A stretch of 64,000 nt of DNA from Promethearchaeota archaeon. GTDB lineage: Archaea > Asgardarchaeota > Lokiarchaeia > Sigyniarchaeales > SOKP01. Positions within the stretch are counted from its first letter, which is position 1; each line of letters begins with the position of its first letter. The position numbers and the translations under genes are program-made. Below the pieces are notes generated by a model, which was not told the DNA's origin, searched no databases, and saw only the letters and a program-made list of their open reading frames with translations. Where the stretch lies: the NCBI GenBank assembly GCA_048940925.1, contig JBHLOC010000001.1, positions 201,158-265,157 of the forward strand, given 5' to 3'. Below, one piece after another: positions 1 to 9,853 of the stretch.

Positions 1-606
1 GATATTCGGATCATCGAGAAAGGCTACTTCAAAATCTTTTATTAAAGAGGGATCAGTATCTTTAGGTATTTTACTCAATTCTAATTTGAGTTTATCTTGG
101 ATTAAATTTTCATAGTACAAATCAATTTTTTTTATAGTACTTAAAAATAGTGAGTTTTGTTTTAATGAATCTAAAATTTCTATCCATTGAGTAACTTCTA
201 TTGATGGGACAAATGATATCTCATGTATAGCTTTATTAATTTTTCTTTTTTCAATCAAATATAATCCAATTTCTCTTAGAACTCTTTGATTTAATTTGAG
301 TCTTTTTAATCGCTCTTGGTTTTTTTCTTTAAATTTTTTGATCAAACTCTCCTGAAGATATAAAAAACTGTTTATATTATCCTTTGATATATATTCTAAG
401 TTCTTTTTTAGATCATTTATCAAATTTATTATATCTTCAATTTGAGAAAGGAAAACTTTATTCGTAAAATCATGAATTACTGACTGCTTAAAAGTATTAA
501 TATTGATATAATCTTCATTTAATTGATAGAATTTTGCTTGAAGCACATCTATCGAGGATGTTAAATCCTTAATTTTCTCAAGGTTGAACGATTGGTTTCC
601 TATCAT
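1..606 (-). CDS. Hypothetical helical protein, partial (runs off window start)
   Basis: Manual translation from ATG at 606 (MIGNQSFNLEKIKDL...) is open for 202 codons to the window edge; co-oriented with the upstream cluster. Confidence 0.8.
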   Translation of the reverse strand, partial: MIGNQSFNLEKIKDLTSSIDVLQAKFYQLNEDYININTFKQSVIHDFTNKVFLSQIEDIINLINDLKKNLEYISKDNINSFLYLQESLIKKFKEKNQERLKRLKLNQRVLREIGLYLIEKRKINKAIHEISFVPSIEVTQWIEILDSLKQNSLFLSTIKKIDLYYENLIQDKLKLELSKIPKDTDPSLIKDFEVAFLDDPNI

Positions 607-643
607 ATTTGATTAAAAATGATATATTTAGATTTTCCTTCTA

Positions 644-1864
644 TTAAATTTCAGGGGGACTAGGTAAATCTTTTCTTCCTTCCTCACTAAAGATAGATCT
701 ATTAAAAGTGTTCTTAGTACTACTTAAAACGTCTTGTCTTTCAACGTGGGAGGCTGTACCACCAACTAAGCGCAATGAATTAAAAAATTCATCATAAGTA
801 AGTAATTCTGTACTAATAGCTTTTAATAACGCAACTCTAATTCCCCTTTCAATATCAGAACCAGAATACCCATATGTTAATCTTAATAATCCACTTATCT
901 TACTTTTCTTATTAATTTCTTCCCATAAAATATTATCATCGAATTCTGAAATTTTTCGGCCTAATTTGGTTTGTAATTCCTTAGCAATCAGCTGAATTTC
1001 TATATATTCATTATTTAAATTCGAAAATATTGAGTTATCAACGCCTATTTTTGCATTCTTTATTTGATTGACAAATGATTCAATAATTTTTTTGCGTAAA
1101 TGATAATCAGGGAAATTGAATTCAAAGTGGAATGTGAAGCGACGCCAAATCGCGGAATCAAGCTGGTGTTGATGATTAGTTGCACCGAAAACTGCTAATG
1201 GGACACCTTCATAATTAATCCTGTCGATAACTTGTAAAAAAGAAATTACAGCTCTTTTAATTTCTCCAACTTCATGAACATTTGACCTTTCAGAGCCAAT
1301 AGCATCAATTTCATCGAAAAACAGGATAAAGGCTCCTCTCTCTTTTGAAATTTCTGCTGCTAATTCAATAACACCTCTAATGTTCTTTATTGTGTCTCCC
1401 AATAATGGCGATACAAGTCTATCGGATTCTACAATACATATAGGTATATCGTATTTTTTAGCAAATCCCCTTGTTAAAGAAGTTTTACCAGTACCAGGAG
1501 GACCATATAGAAGTACTGTTAAATTAGGGGTCAATTTTGTATCCTTTAGTTGTTCTGTAAACTCCTCGTATTTTATCAAAGCTCTAAAAAAATCATCTAA
1601 AATTTCCTTTTTTATTTCATTTCCTAAAATATCTTCTACGGACTCTTTTATATCTGCTGAAAAATATACAGCTCCATACTTTCCTAATCGCTCTTTTATC
1701 ACATCGTCGCTATAAATGGTCTTTGCCTCACCATAATCTTTCTTTTCTGTAGTGATTGAAGATTTGATACTGAATTCTTCTTTTTTGTATTCTAAGTGAG
1801 CTTCATATGTTTTTCCTCTAAAGTGTTTTTTTTTACATAATGTGCAGTAATAAGGTAAAGACAT
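644..1864 (-). CDS. AAA+ ATPase with N-terminal zinc-finger-like motif
   Basis: Walker A GPPGTGKT, Walker B FFDEID, SRH ATNH..LDSAIWRRF, GYSGSDI; N-terminal CTLC..H..H. Confidence 0.9.
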   Translation of the reverse strand: MSLPYYCTLCKKKHFRGKTYEAHLEYKKEEFSIKSSITTEKKDYGEAKTIYSDDVIKERLGKYGAVYFSADIKESVEDILGNEIKKEILDDFFRALIKYEEFTEQLKDTKLTPNLTVLLYGPPGTGKTSLTRGFAKKYDIPICIVESDRLVSPLLGDTIKNIRGVIELAAEISKERGAFILFFDEIDAIGSERSNVHEVGEIKRAVISFLQVIDRINYEGVPLAVFGATNHQHQLDSAIWRRFTFHFEFNFPDYHLRKKIIESFVNQIKNAKIGVDNSIFSNLNNEYIEIQLIAKELQTKLGRKISEFDDNILWEEINKKSKISGLLRLTYGYSGSDIERGIRVALLKAISTELLTYDEFFNSLRLVGGTASHVERQDVLSSTKNTFNRSIFSEEGRKDLPSPPEI

Positions 1865-1982
1865 AATTTCATCAACTAATTTTTGTTATTTCATTTTTTA
1901 TTGTTATTATTTTATTCTTAAATTAAAGGATGAGATATAATTTATTGTTGAAATAAATTATAATTATCCCATTTTTTGTGTA

Positions 1983-3290
1983 TCATAAATTTTTCCTTTC
2001 TTTATCAAATTTTTCACAGTAATTTGCTATTTGATTAATAAAGTCTTTAAGGTTATCAATTTGAGACCCTATGAAATTAAATATTTCCTTGCGGTATTGA
2101 ATAGAATCTCTAATTTTCATTTTGTCTATCCCTAGATAATTAGGAAAGCATATAAGTTTCATTAAATAAGGAAGGATCTTTTCGTTTGTTTGTAAATCTT
2201 TAAAGATTGCATAAAAAATATTCTCATCAGACAATTTCCATTTTAATATACCCATGTAAATCAAAAAAGCAAAATTCATTGATATCCAATTTACTAATTC
2301 CCTTGATAGAAATCCCCTTCTTTGAGAAGCGAATGCCAAATAATAAGTTATTAATGTTTCATTGCTAAATTGAGGTAATAGTCTTATAGTACCATCAGTT
2401 TGCTTAATTTCACGTAAAAAATTATTATCAAGTAGAATATCAACAAAATCTTCTTGTGGTGCTAGAAATATACCATCAATTAACCGTAAACCTATACGTT
2501 CAACCACCTTTTCTATGGCTTCTTCTTCAGCGTTCGCAATTGAATCAATATAGGGTAGAAATACATCATTTTTTAAGATCATTGGAATTTCATAATTCTC
2601 TTTTTCAGGAAATTCCCCAAAATTAGGGTCCAAATTATAAAGTGAGGTTATATTATTAATAATTTGATATACTTTTGGAGAAATAACTGGAATTTCAAAA
2701 TAATCTGAAATTTCTAATTTTTCTCTATAATAAGTATGGGATTGTAATATGTGGCGTTGGCATTCATAGAAATCTGGTGAATTTTGTAACAATTTTTCAT
2801 ATATGATTTTTAAACTTGAGCCTCTTGGGAATAATTTTTCTTCAATGAATTTTACTAATTGGTAGAGATAAGTATTCTCTAAATTTAGTTCATCGGGATT
2901 AGTGATATGACGCAAAATGTTTAAAGCATCTACAGATTCATGCAAAAAATCTATTATATAATCTTTAATATCTATTATTGGAATTTCTTCTCGATATTTT
3001 ATTATAAAGTCTTTAACAATCTCATATACATTTGATCTATACATAGCAGAAAATTCTGAAAGCGCTCTAACTTTACGTATATTTCTTTTTTCTTCTTCCT
3101 GTCGAATTTTATCTAAAACCTCAGTATCAAATAGCAGATCAGGATCTAAATCAATAATTATTCTTCTTGTTTCTCTTAAAATAGGACGCATATGGCTTAT
3201 AAATGTTAAATACCTGGGAAGGATATCTGTCCATTTTTCTCTTTTCCTTCCAGGTTTTATAGTTCTTGTTGATTTTTTTTTATAACTCAT
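1983..3290 (-). CDS. Hypothetical protein (435 aa)
   Basis: Long ORF in co-oriented cluster; no recognised motif. Confidence 0.8.
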   Translation of the reverse strand: MSYKKKSTRTIKPGRKREKWTDILPRYLTFISHMRPILRETRRIIIDLDPDLLFDTEVLDKIRQEEEKRNIRKVRALSEFSAMYRSNVYEIVKDFIIKYREEIPIIDIKDYIIDFLHESVDALNILRHITNPDELNLENTYLYQLVKFIEEKLFPRGSSLKIIYEKLLQNSPDFYECQRHILQSHTYYREKLEISDYFEIPVISPKVYQIINNITSLYNLDPNFGEFPEKENYEIPMILKNDVFLPYIDSIANAEEEAIEKVVERIGLRLIDGIFLAPQEDFVDILLDNNFLREIKQTDGTIRLLPQFSNETLITYYLAFASQRRGFLSRELVNWISMNFAFLIYMGILKWKLSDENIFYAIFKDLQTNEKILPYLMKLICFPNYLGIDKMKIRDSIQYRKEIFNFIGSQIDNLKDFINQIANYCEKFDKERKNL

Positions 3291-3314
3291 TTATGAAATA
3301 TACAACTCCCTATC

Positions 3315-4454
3315 TTATTCTTCCTCATATCCTACTAAAATTTCAGTGAAAATATTAGATATTTCAACAAAGATTGGTATTTCAACTCGACATAAATTCC
3401 CAAGGATCCATTTATTAACATCTTTAAGGAGAAATCTTATTTGATTATGGATTTTTTTATTAATCTCGGAATCCACTATTTTTGAGAGCCATAAACCTCC
3501 TCCTACTCTATATGCAACAATTTTAATGAGTGGTTCAAACAAGGGTTCTAACACTTGTTTTATCATCCATGATTTCGGAATAACACTCATATTCTCCGCT
3601 TTAAAAGTGGGGTCGTTTAAAATTGGATTCGTTTCATCAACAGATAATTTAGGCATAAAACTTAGCAACAATATTAGAGCAAAAATTGCAGATATACCAT
3701 TAATTGTAAAAGAACCCCCGATTTTATTGATATCATCCCTATAAATAGCAACATTAGCAAGAAACATACAAATAAATACGTTTCTATCAAAATCTTCAGA
3801 AACATAAGCATAACCTAATTCTTCGTCAATAACCAAGTATTTTTCTTCAAGAATTTGAATAATATCATCCGGAAAAGTATAAAATGTATATACTTTTTCC
3901 TCACTCCTTCTTATATCTTTCTCAATAAGGAGCTCTTTTGAAACAAGGCCAAACATACCAACTAATTCTTCAAGCTGCTTTTTTATATAATGTTTGGGTT
4001 TATTAGGATCTCCAAACATTGCAAAAAATTGATGATCGACAATGTGAAAATCATTTCTTTTACTAAATGCTTCCACCATTCTATCTATTATTGGTCCTTG
4101 AGCTCCTGAGGCAATAGCTTTAGCTTTTGATGTTACAAATCCATTTAATAATTCATTTATAATGAAATCTTGTTCATGATTTCTTGATTGTAAAATTAAC
4201 TCGACTGCTTCAGAAAAGCTTTTAGTGTTTGGAAAAAACGCATTTTGTATCTTTTCATTTATAGATTTTACAAAAATATCTCCATTATTATTAGGGAAAT
4301 GAAGTTTCATATTGTTTAATCTTTGGATAAGTGCTTCTTTGGCTCCTGGAATATTTTCAACATCTCTTTTTTGTAATTCTTCTATTGCTTTTTCAAGTCC
4401 ATTTTCAAAATCAATCAATAACTTTTTCCACGTTGTATCTTGCACTTCTACCAT
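3315..4454 (-). CDS. Hypothetical protein (379 aa)
   Basis: Long ORF, GGAG upstream of ATG. Confidence 0.8.
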   Translation of the reverse strand: MVEVQDTTWKKLLIDFENGLEKAIEELQKRDVENIPGAKEALIQRLNNMKLHFPNNNGDIFVKSINEKIQNAFFPNTKSFSEAVELILQSRNHEQDFIINELLNGFVTSKAKAIASGAQGPIIDRMVEAFSKRNDFHIVDHQFFAMFGDPNKPKHYIKKQLEELVGMFGLVSKELLIEKDIRRSEEKVYTFYTFPDDIIQILEEKYLVIDEELGYAYVSEDFDRNVFICMFLANVAIYRDDINKIGGSFTINGISAIFALILLLSFMPKLSVDETNPILNDPTFKAENMSVIPKSWMIKQVLEPLFEPLIKIVAYRVGGGLWLSKIVDSEINKKIHNQIRFLLKDVNKWILGNLCRVEIPIFVEISNIFTEILVGYEEE

Positions 4455-4483
4455 ATTTACTCCTCTACTATTAAAAATATCTA

Positions 4484-5446
4484 CTAATTAATATTCCAAT
4501 TTAATTCCGTTGATATTTTTTTTAATGCGCTAATTAAAGGTTTTATTAGCTTCTTGTCATAAATATTTGGAGAGGATATTCCTCTCTGAGTTTTCCACCC
4601 CATTTGGGTACCTTCTCCCATTTCTCTTTGTCCAAATTTTAAAATATTGCTAAGATCTCTTACCCACCAGTAAAATCTTAACCATTTTCTGTTTGGATTA
4701 TCTTTTGAATATATGACTACTAATGCTTTCCATTCACCCATCAACCATTTCACTGTTATCCCGCTTATGGGAAGGTAAAAGTTTATTGGAAAATTTCCGT
4801 GAAACCGCAAATCGAGATCTGTTGGGGCAATGTTAAAAATCGGTTGATTATATCCTTCTAATATTACTATTTCTCCACAATGTTGACATTCATAATGTGA
4901 TTTCATTTTGTCCATTTTATTTGCACATTTTGGGCACGTTCTGTTTTCAATAATCCTATACTTAATGATTTCTAAATTTTTTTCTTTTTCTAAATCTTCT
5001 TCTGATTTAGACCCCTGTTTTCCAAAGCTTCCACCCCAACTCCAAATATCATCAAATGATTCATCAAATTTTTCTAAAGCAATAATGGTATTATGAAGTA
5101 CTTCTCTATCATAAATTTTAAACATCCCTGCATGTTGCAGATTTTTCCACCAAGATAATCTAACGTACTTTTCCTCTTTTAAATAGGCACTATGACAAAT
5201 TAAAGCCGCAAATATTCGATTTTCGGTTTTAATTATAGTAATTCCTTTCTCACAAATTTCATATTGTTTATTTAAACTAGCATTTTTATGAAAATATTCA
5301 CCATCCTGAAATTCACCTTTTTCGATCTTTGCTTTTTCCTCAGTAGATTCTTTATCTTTCTCTTTTACTATCTTTTTACATTGAGGACATTGAAAAATTC
5401 CAGCAACTAAAGGTTCCATCTCTATATTACATACAGGACATTTCAA
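4484..5446 (-). CDS. Duplicated zinc-ribbon + beta/alpha-domain protein (possibly PC4/PUR-like)
   Basis: CPVC..CPQC and CPKC..CQHC, each followed by a similar GIT..AL..(Y/W)(V/L)RxxWW..IYD..IxAL unit. Confidence 0.75.
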   Translation of the reverse strand: MKCPVCNIEMEPLVAGIFQCPQCKKIVKEKDKESTEEKAKIEKGEFQDGEYFHKNASLNKQYEICEKGITIIKTENRIFAALICHSAYLKEEKYVRLSWWKNLQHAGMFKIYDREVLHNTIIALEKFDESFDDIWSWGGSFGKQGSKSEEDLEKEKNLEIIKYRIIENRTCPKCANKMDKMKSHYECQHCGEIVILEGYNQPIFNIAPTDLDLRFHGNFPINFYLPISGITVKWLMGEWKALVVIYSKDNPNRKWLRFYWWVRDLSNILKFGQREMGEGTQMGWKTQRGISSPNIYDKKLIKPLISALKKISTELNWNIN

Positions 5447-5448
5447 AT

Positions 5449-6549
5449 TTATTCTTCACTCATAGATATTATCAATCTTTCATAATCCAAATTCAAGAGC
5501 TTTAATTCTTTCTTTGTTAATTTTTTAATTTTCTTGTTAATATGAATCAATTCTTTTCTAAGATCGATTAAAGTATTTTGAATATTATTTAAGATATTTT
5601 CTTCATTGTATGTAACTTTTTCAATAAATTCAAGATACCTGAACTTTTTATTCTTGCCTGAATAAAATTTTTTTAATTCAACTATATTATCTTCAATCTT
5701 TTTCATTTGATATCTTAACTTTAGTAATAATAATAACTTCGATTTCCATTCTTTAAATAAAGTACTTTCATTATCAACCTTGTCGAACTTAAATTTATCC
5801 GAAAGTGGAATCTTCTCATCTTTCAAGTATTTTATTATTTCTTTATTCTCATCAATAGCTTTATGTATTTTTTTTAGAACAGGTTTAGTGTTTAAAGTAG
5901 AGTCGAAAATCTCAACAAATTCGTTAATTTTTTCTTTAATTTCAATAAATCTTTGATAAAATCCATCAATAGTTACTTCTATTTTAATTAATTGATATAT
6001 GTTCCCGAATTGATCTAAAATATAGTATAAATCGTCTGATAAAGCATAATCATGTTCACCAATTTCATAAATTAAACGGTGGATAACACTCGTTTTCTCA
6101 CATCTTACACCCTTTAATCTTGTTAATGCTAAATTGAAATTTCTTCGCGTTAATGACTTAAATTTTTTGTTTATTAGTAAGTAAAGAGTATCATCTGGAA
6201 TAGATATTATATCTTGTTCTATGGTTATTGTTTCTTCTCCTAGTTTTATTATAAAATCATCATCTTTTTGTTCAAACTCTCTTTTACTGCGAATATTTTT
6301 AATTAGTCCTAAGTCAATGTATATTTCAATGAATTCTTCTTCCCAGGAATTAATAAGATTACTTTTATAAATTTCGTCTAACAATAATATTTTACTATAA
6401 GATTCATTGATATTTACTTCGCTCAAATCTTTAAACAAATCATTTCTAATGATATATAGAAATAATATAATATACCTCATATCAATATCGTCTAAAATGG
6501 TGTTAATTAAATTTACATCATCTTCTAATGTTAAGTCATTATGTTCCAT
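5449..6549 (-). CDS. Hypothetical protein, putative winged-helix + coiled coil
   Basis: 366-aa ORF; LTRRNFNLALTRL..LIYEIGEHDYALS helix-hairpin pattern, then heptads. Confidence 0.7.
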   Translation of the reverse strand: MEHNDLTLEDDVNLINTILDDIDMRYIILFLYIIRNDLFKDLSEVNINESYSKILLLDEIYKSNLINSWEEEFIEIYIDLGLIKNIRSKREFEQKDDDFIIKLGEETITIEQDIISIPDDTLYLLINKKFKSLTRRNFNLALTRLKGVRCEKTSVIHRLIYEIGEHDYALSDDLYYILDQFGNIYQLIKIEVTIDGFYQRFIEIKEKINEFVEIFDSTLNTKPVLKKIHKAIDENKEIIKYLKDEKIPLSDKFKFDKVDNESTLFKEWKSKLLLLLKLRYQMKKIEDNIVELKKFYSGKNKKFRYLEFIEKVTYNEENILNNIQNTLIDLRKELIHINKKIKKLTKKELKLLNLDYERLIISMSEE

Positions 6550-6761
6550 GCCTAAAATCCACTCAATTATAATTAAACTTTCAAACTATTTCAGCCAAAA
6601 AGAGTGATTTAGCTAATTAAGCATCCCTAAAAAATTTTTCTAAAACCACTTAAAATAATTCTAAATAAAAGCAAAAAATTTTTAGCAAGTGTTTCTAATT
6701 AATTAATTAGAAATTAATAACTTATTATTGTAATTAATATCATTTTTTGGAGAAAATTAAT

Positions 6762-7340
6762 ATGGGACGTCGAAAAAGAAAACAAGTCAGCCCCAAAAGA
6801 GTAAAAAGAGTACCTAAAATTTTCACATGTCCTGAATGCGGTGAAAAGAGTGTAAAAGTGATTGATATAAAAAAAAAAGGTGCTTTTGCAACTGTGAAAT
6901 GTGGAAATTGTGGATTAACAAAAGAAGTATTAGTTAATTCGATTTCAGAACCTGTTGATGCGTTTGGGGATTTTATTGATATATATTATGCAGATCAGGA
7001 GCTCCAAAGGTTAGAACGACGTATTCAAAAATTAAAAGAAGAAAATGAATGGGGCGAACTAGCATTATCATATTCTATCCTATCAGATCTTTGTAAAACT
7101 AAAGCTGCATTATTATTAGAAGAAGAAGATGTTAATTTGGATGATGTTAACAAATGGAAAATCAAGGCAGAAGAATATAAACAACTTGAAAAAAACACAA
7201 TAATAAAACTTGATGCCGATGAATTAGAAAGAGGTGTCCGGACTGATGAAGAATCTTTGTTTACTGAAAGCGAAACTAAAATAAAAAAAGAAAGAAAGTT
7301 AGATGACATCTTTGATGATCCTGGATTTCTAGAATTTTAA
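6762..7340 (+). CDS. elf1: Transcription elongation factor Elf1 with C-terminal extension
   Basis: MGRRKRK start (ATG 6762), FTCPECG..CGNCGL..EPVDAFGDFID. Confidence 0.88.
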   Translation: MGRRKRKQVSPKRVKRVPKIFTCPECGEKSVKVIDIKKKGAFATVKCGNCGLTKEVLVNSISEPVDAFGDFIDIYYADQELQRLERRIQKLKEENEWGELALSYSILSDLCKTKAALLLEEEDVNLDDVNKWKIKAEEYKQLEKNTIIKLDADELERGVRTDEESLFTESETKIKKERKLDDIFDDPGFLEF

Positions 7341-7516
7341 AGATCGAGTATCTATTTTTTCTAACAAGAATTAACTATAATTGACATATAATTATATTAT
7401 ACTTAACTAGAAAATGAATTAGCATATAAGGAATTCCTAATTTATTTTGGAAAACAAAATATAATACTATTTTTTTAATTAATAGAAAAAAGAGTAATTG
7501 AGATTGGCTATGTTAT

Positions 7517-7972
7517 TTAACCCGATTGACTCTTTCTTTTAGCGAACAACTCTTTAAGCTCACCCATAATTGCACCTCTTAGAGATACTGGGCTTGCGGG
7601 ACGGTTTGGTGCTGGAGCCGACCCTGGACCTCCAGGTGGTGGCGGTGGGCCTCCAGGAGGGCCTCCTGGTGGACTGCTCAGCGGTGGACCCCCCGGTGGG
7701 GCACCTAATGCAGGTGATGATACAGTAGATGTTGCGGAGGTTACTGGACCACCTGCTTTAAGTGATGTAAGATCATTATTTATAGTTGTTAATTGATTTT
7801 GCAGATTAGTTACCCTTGTATTGACAGTTTGAAGACTTTGATCGACTAAATCAGAGATTTTTAGCACAATTTGCATTATTTTTTCAACAATATCTCCAAA
7901 ATCATTGAGTTTTTCCTCTAGCGGAGCTTTTCGAGTAGTCTCTAAGAAGGAAGCAAATTCTTCTGCACACAT
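7517..7972 (-). CDS. Coiled-coil + polyproline + C-terminal basic amphipathic helix protein (candidate actin regulator)
   Basis: Heptad region, PPGG repeats/PPPPP, terminal SLRGAIMGELKELFAKRK. Confidence 0.8.
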   Translation of the reverse strand: MCAEEFASFLETTRKAPLEEKLNDFGDIVEKIMQIVLKISDLVDQSLQTVNTRVTNLQNQLTTINNDLTSLKAGGPVTSATSTVSSPALGAPPGGPPLSSPPGGPPGGPPPPPGGPGSAPAPNRPASPVSLRGAIMGELKELFAKRKSQSG

Positions 7973-8102
7973 ATTAATTCTTTTATATATTTTATTTTTA
8001 ATGCTTTTCTAATAATTTAATAGTTTTTTATTTAATAAATTTAAGTTTAAACATAATGATTTTATTTAAATAATAACAGAAAAAAAGTAAGTATAATTCT
8101 AA

Positions 8103-8738
8103 CTAACTTAACTCATCAATAGAATCTTTTAATTTAAGCCATAAGGTATTTATTTCATCTCTTACTTCAATAAATTGTGTTATTTTTTTTATTAAGATAT
8201 CACGGGCACGATCAAAATCTCGTTGAACATCATTTAACTCTTGGTCAAGAATGTTTAACTTATCTCCATCAATTAATTTATTTTTTGCTTTTTCAACATT
8301 TAAAGCTTTTTTTATTATTATTGATCTTTTACTCGCCAAATCAGATAGAGCATTGATAAATTCCTCTTTTTTTTCTACCAAATATTCTTTTTGAACAGCT
8401 ATATCCTTAATTGAATTCAAATATTTATTATTAGCTTTAATAAATTCATCATTTTTATGAATGATATCTTGATATAATTTAACTTCTTCATCTTTAATAT
8501 TAGATCTATGTTCACGAGCTAAAGTTTGCATTTGTTTTAAAACATCTCTGAAGGTTCTATTTAGCATTTCTCTTGCATTATTTGTTTTAGTGATATGTTC
8601 CGCATATCTTTTTTGAGTACCAATTAAATTGATCTGTTCTTTAGCCAATTTTTTAAATTGAGACACTAATTCTTTTTCCATTTTAGCTAGTTCTAATTCA
8701 TCTTCATGAGTAATAATAGGACTCATTATAAACCCCAT
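8103..8738 (-). CDS. All-helical coiled-coil protein, BAR-domain-like
   Basis: 211 aa, three long helical heptad segments; BAR assignment is inference. Confidence 0.6.
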   Translation of the reverse strand: MGFIMSPIITHEDELELAKMEKELVSQFKKLAKEQINLIGTQKRYAEHITKTNNAREMLNRTFRDVLKQMQTLAREHRSNIKDEEVKLYQDIIHKNDEFIKANNKYLNSIKDIAVQKEYLVEKKEEFINALSDLASKRSIIIKKALNVEKAKNKLIDGDKLNILDQELNDVQRDFDRARDILIKKITQFIEVRDEINTLWLKLKDSIDELS

Positions 8739-8818
8739 ATTTATTAATTTTAAAGTTTTACTACTCTTACTAATATGAATGCTTATTTTGATTTAAATAA
8801 ATTTATTAATATTTAAGT

Positions 8819-9853
8819 TTATACAGAGAAAAGTGAAGTTAAAATATTATCTCTATAATTTGCTTTTATAATTTTAACCTTGATGTTTTTTCCAATTAAT
8901 CTATTAGGATTAGATATTGATTTACTTAAAAGTATTTTCACCCCAAAATTATCATTTATTTTTCCAATAAATTCATTTTTCCAACGTCCTTTTGAGATCA
9001 CAGTTAAATTTATCATTTCATTTTTTTCTAATTTTGTAGAAATATCACTTTTACGTCTATGAATACCAAAATCCTTTGGACCAAGTTTCAGTTTTATATT
9101 ATATTTTTTTTCTAAATTGGTTAATTGAGTATAGAAATAAGCCCAACTTTTAGGTTGTATTTTTTTCAATTTTCTACCAGTTTTATAAATTAAATATTTT
9201 TGTATACCAATTTGAATTTTATTATCAGAATAACCTTTCTTTCTTAAATTAATTATAAACTTAATTACATCTTCGATATCTTGATCATTTTCTCCAGGAA
9301 ACCAGACTGGAGCAATAAGTAAATCAATATTAGTATTCAATAGAAAATGTAAATTTTCTATGAGATTATTAATATTATAATCATGACAATTACTTAAATA
9401 ACTGGATTTTTCTTGATTTAAAGAATTAAGACTAACATTTATTCGAGTTAAATGAACTCTTTCAAGATTTTCAATAACTTCTTTTTTTAGTAATAATCCA
9501 TTTGTTTGCATTGAAATAATTTCAATTCCTTTTATTTTCCAGAGATAATCGATCAATTCAAACAATTTAGGATAAAGGAGAATTTCACCATAAGGAGCTA
9601 AATGAATTTCAATCTTGTATTTTCCTTTAATTTTAACTATTTCTTTTACTTTTTCTATTATATACTCTGGATCAACAATAAAATTAGTGAGATAATCTCC
9701 AGCTCTCACAAAACAGTATTTACATTTCAAATTACATAAAGTTAGAGGTTTGAGTTCAATAACATTTGTACCCCTATCAATAACGCCAATAAAATCTATG
9801 CCATATAAAGGGATTTGTGACTTTTTATCCACATAAATTATTTCAGGTTTCAT
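8819..9853 (-). CDS. Radical SAM protein with probable C-terminal TRAM-like beta domain
   Basis: CNLKCKYC, MQTNG; archaeal family starting IPLYGIDFIGVIDRGTN. Confidence 0.85.
   Translation of the reverse strand: MKPEIIYVDKKSQIPLYGIDFIGVIDRGTNVIELKPLTLCNLKCKYCFVRAGDYLTNFIVDPEYIIEKVKEIVKIKGKYKIEIHLAPYGEILLYPKLFELIDYLWKIKGIEIISMQTNGLLLKKEVIENLERVHLTRINVSLNSLNQEKSSYLSNCHDYNINNLIENLHFLLNTNIDLLIAPVWFPGENDQDIEDVIKFIINLRKKGYSDNKIQIGIQKYLIYKTGRKLKKIQPKSWAYFYTQLTNLEKKYNIKLKLGPKDFGIHRRKSDISTKLEKNEMINLTVISKGRWKNEFIGKINDNFGVKILLSKSISNPNRLIGKNIKVKIIKANYRDNILTSLFSV

Noticed and set aside
644-1864. Vps4/CdvC assignment for the AAA ATPase
   Set aside because: No MIT domain and no recognisable ESCRT-III neighbours.
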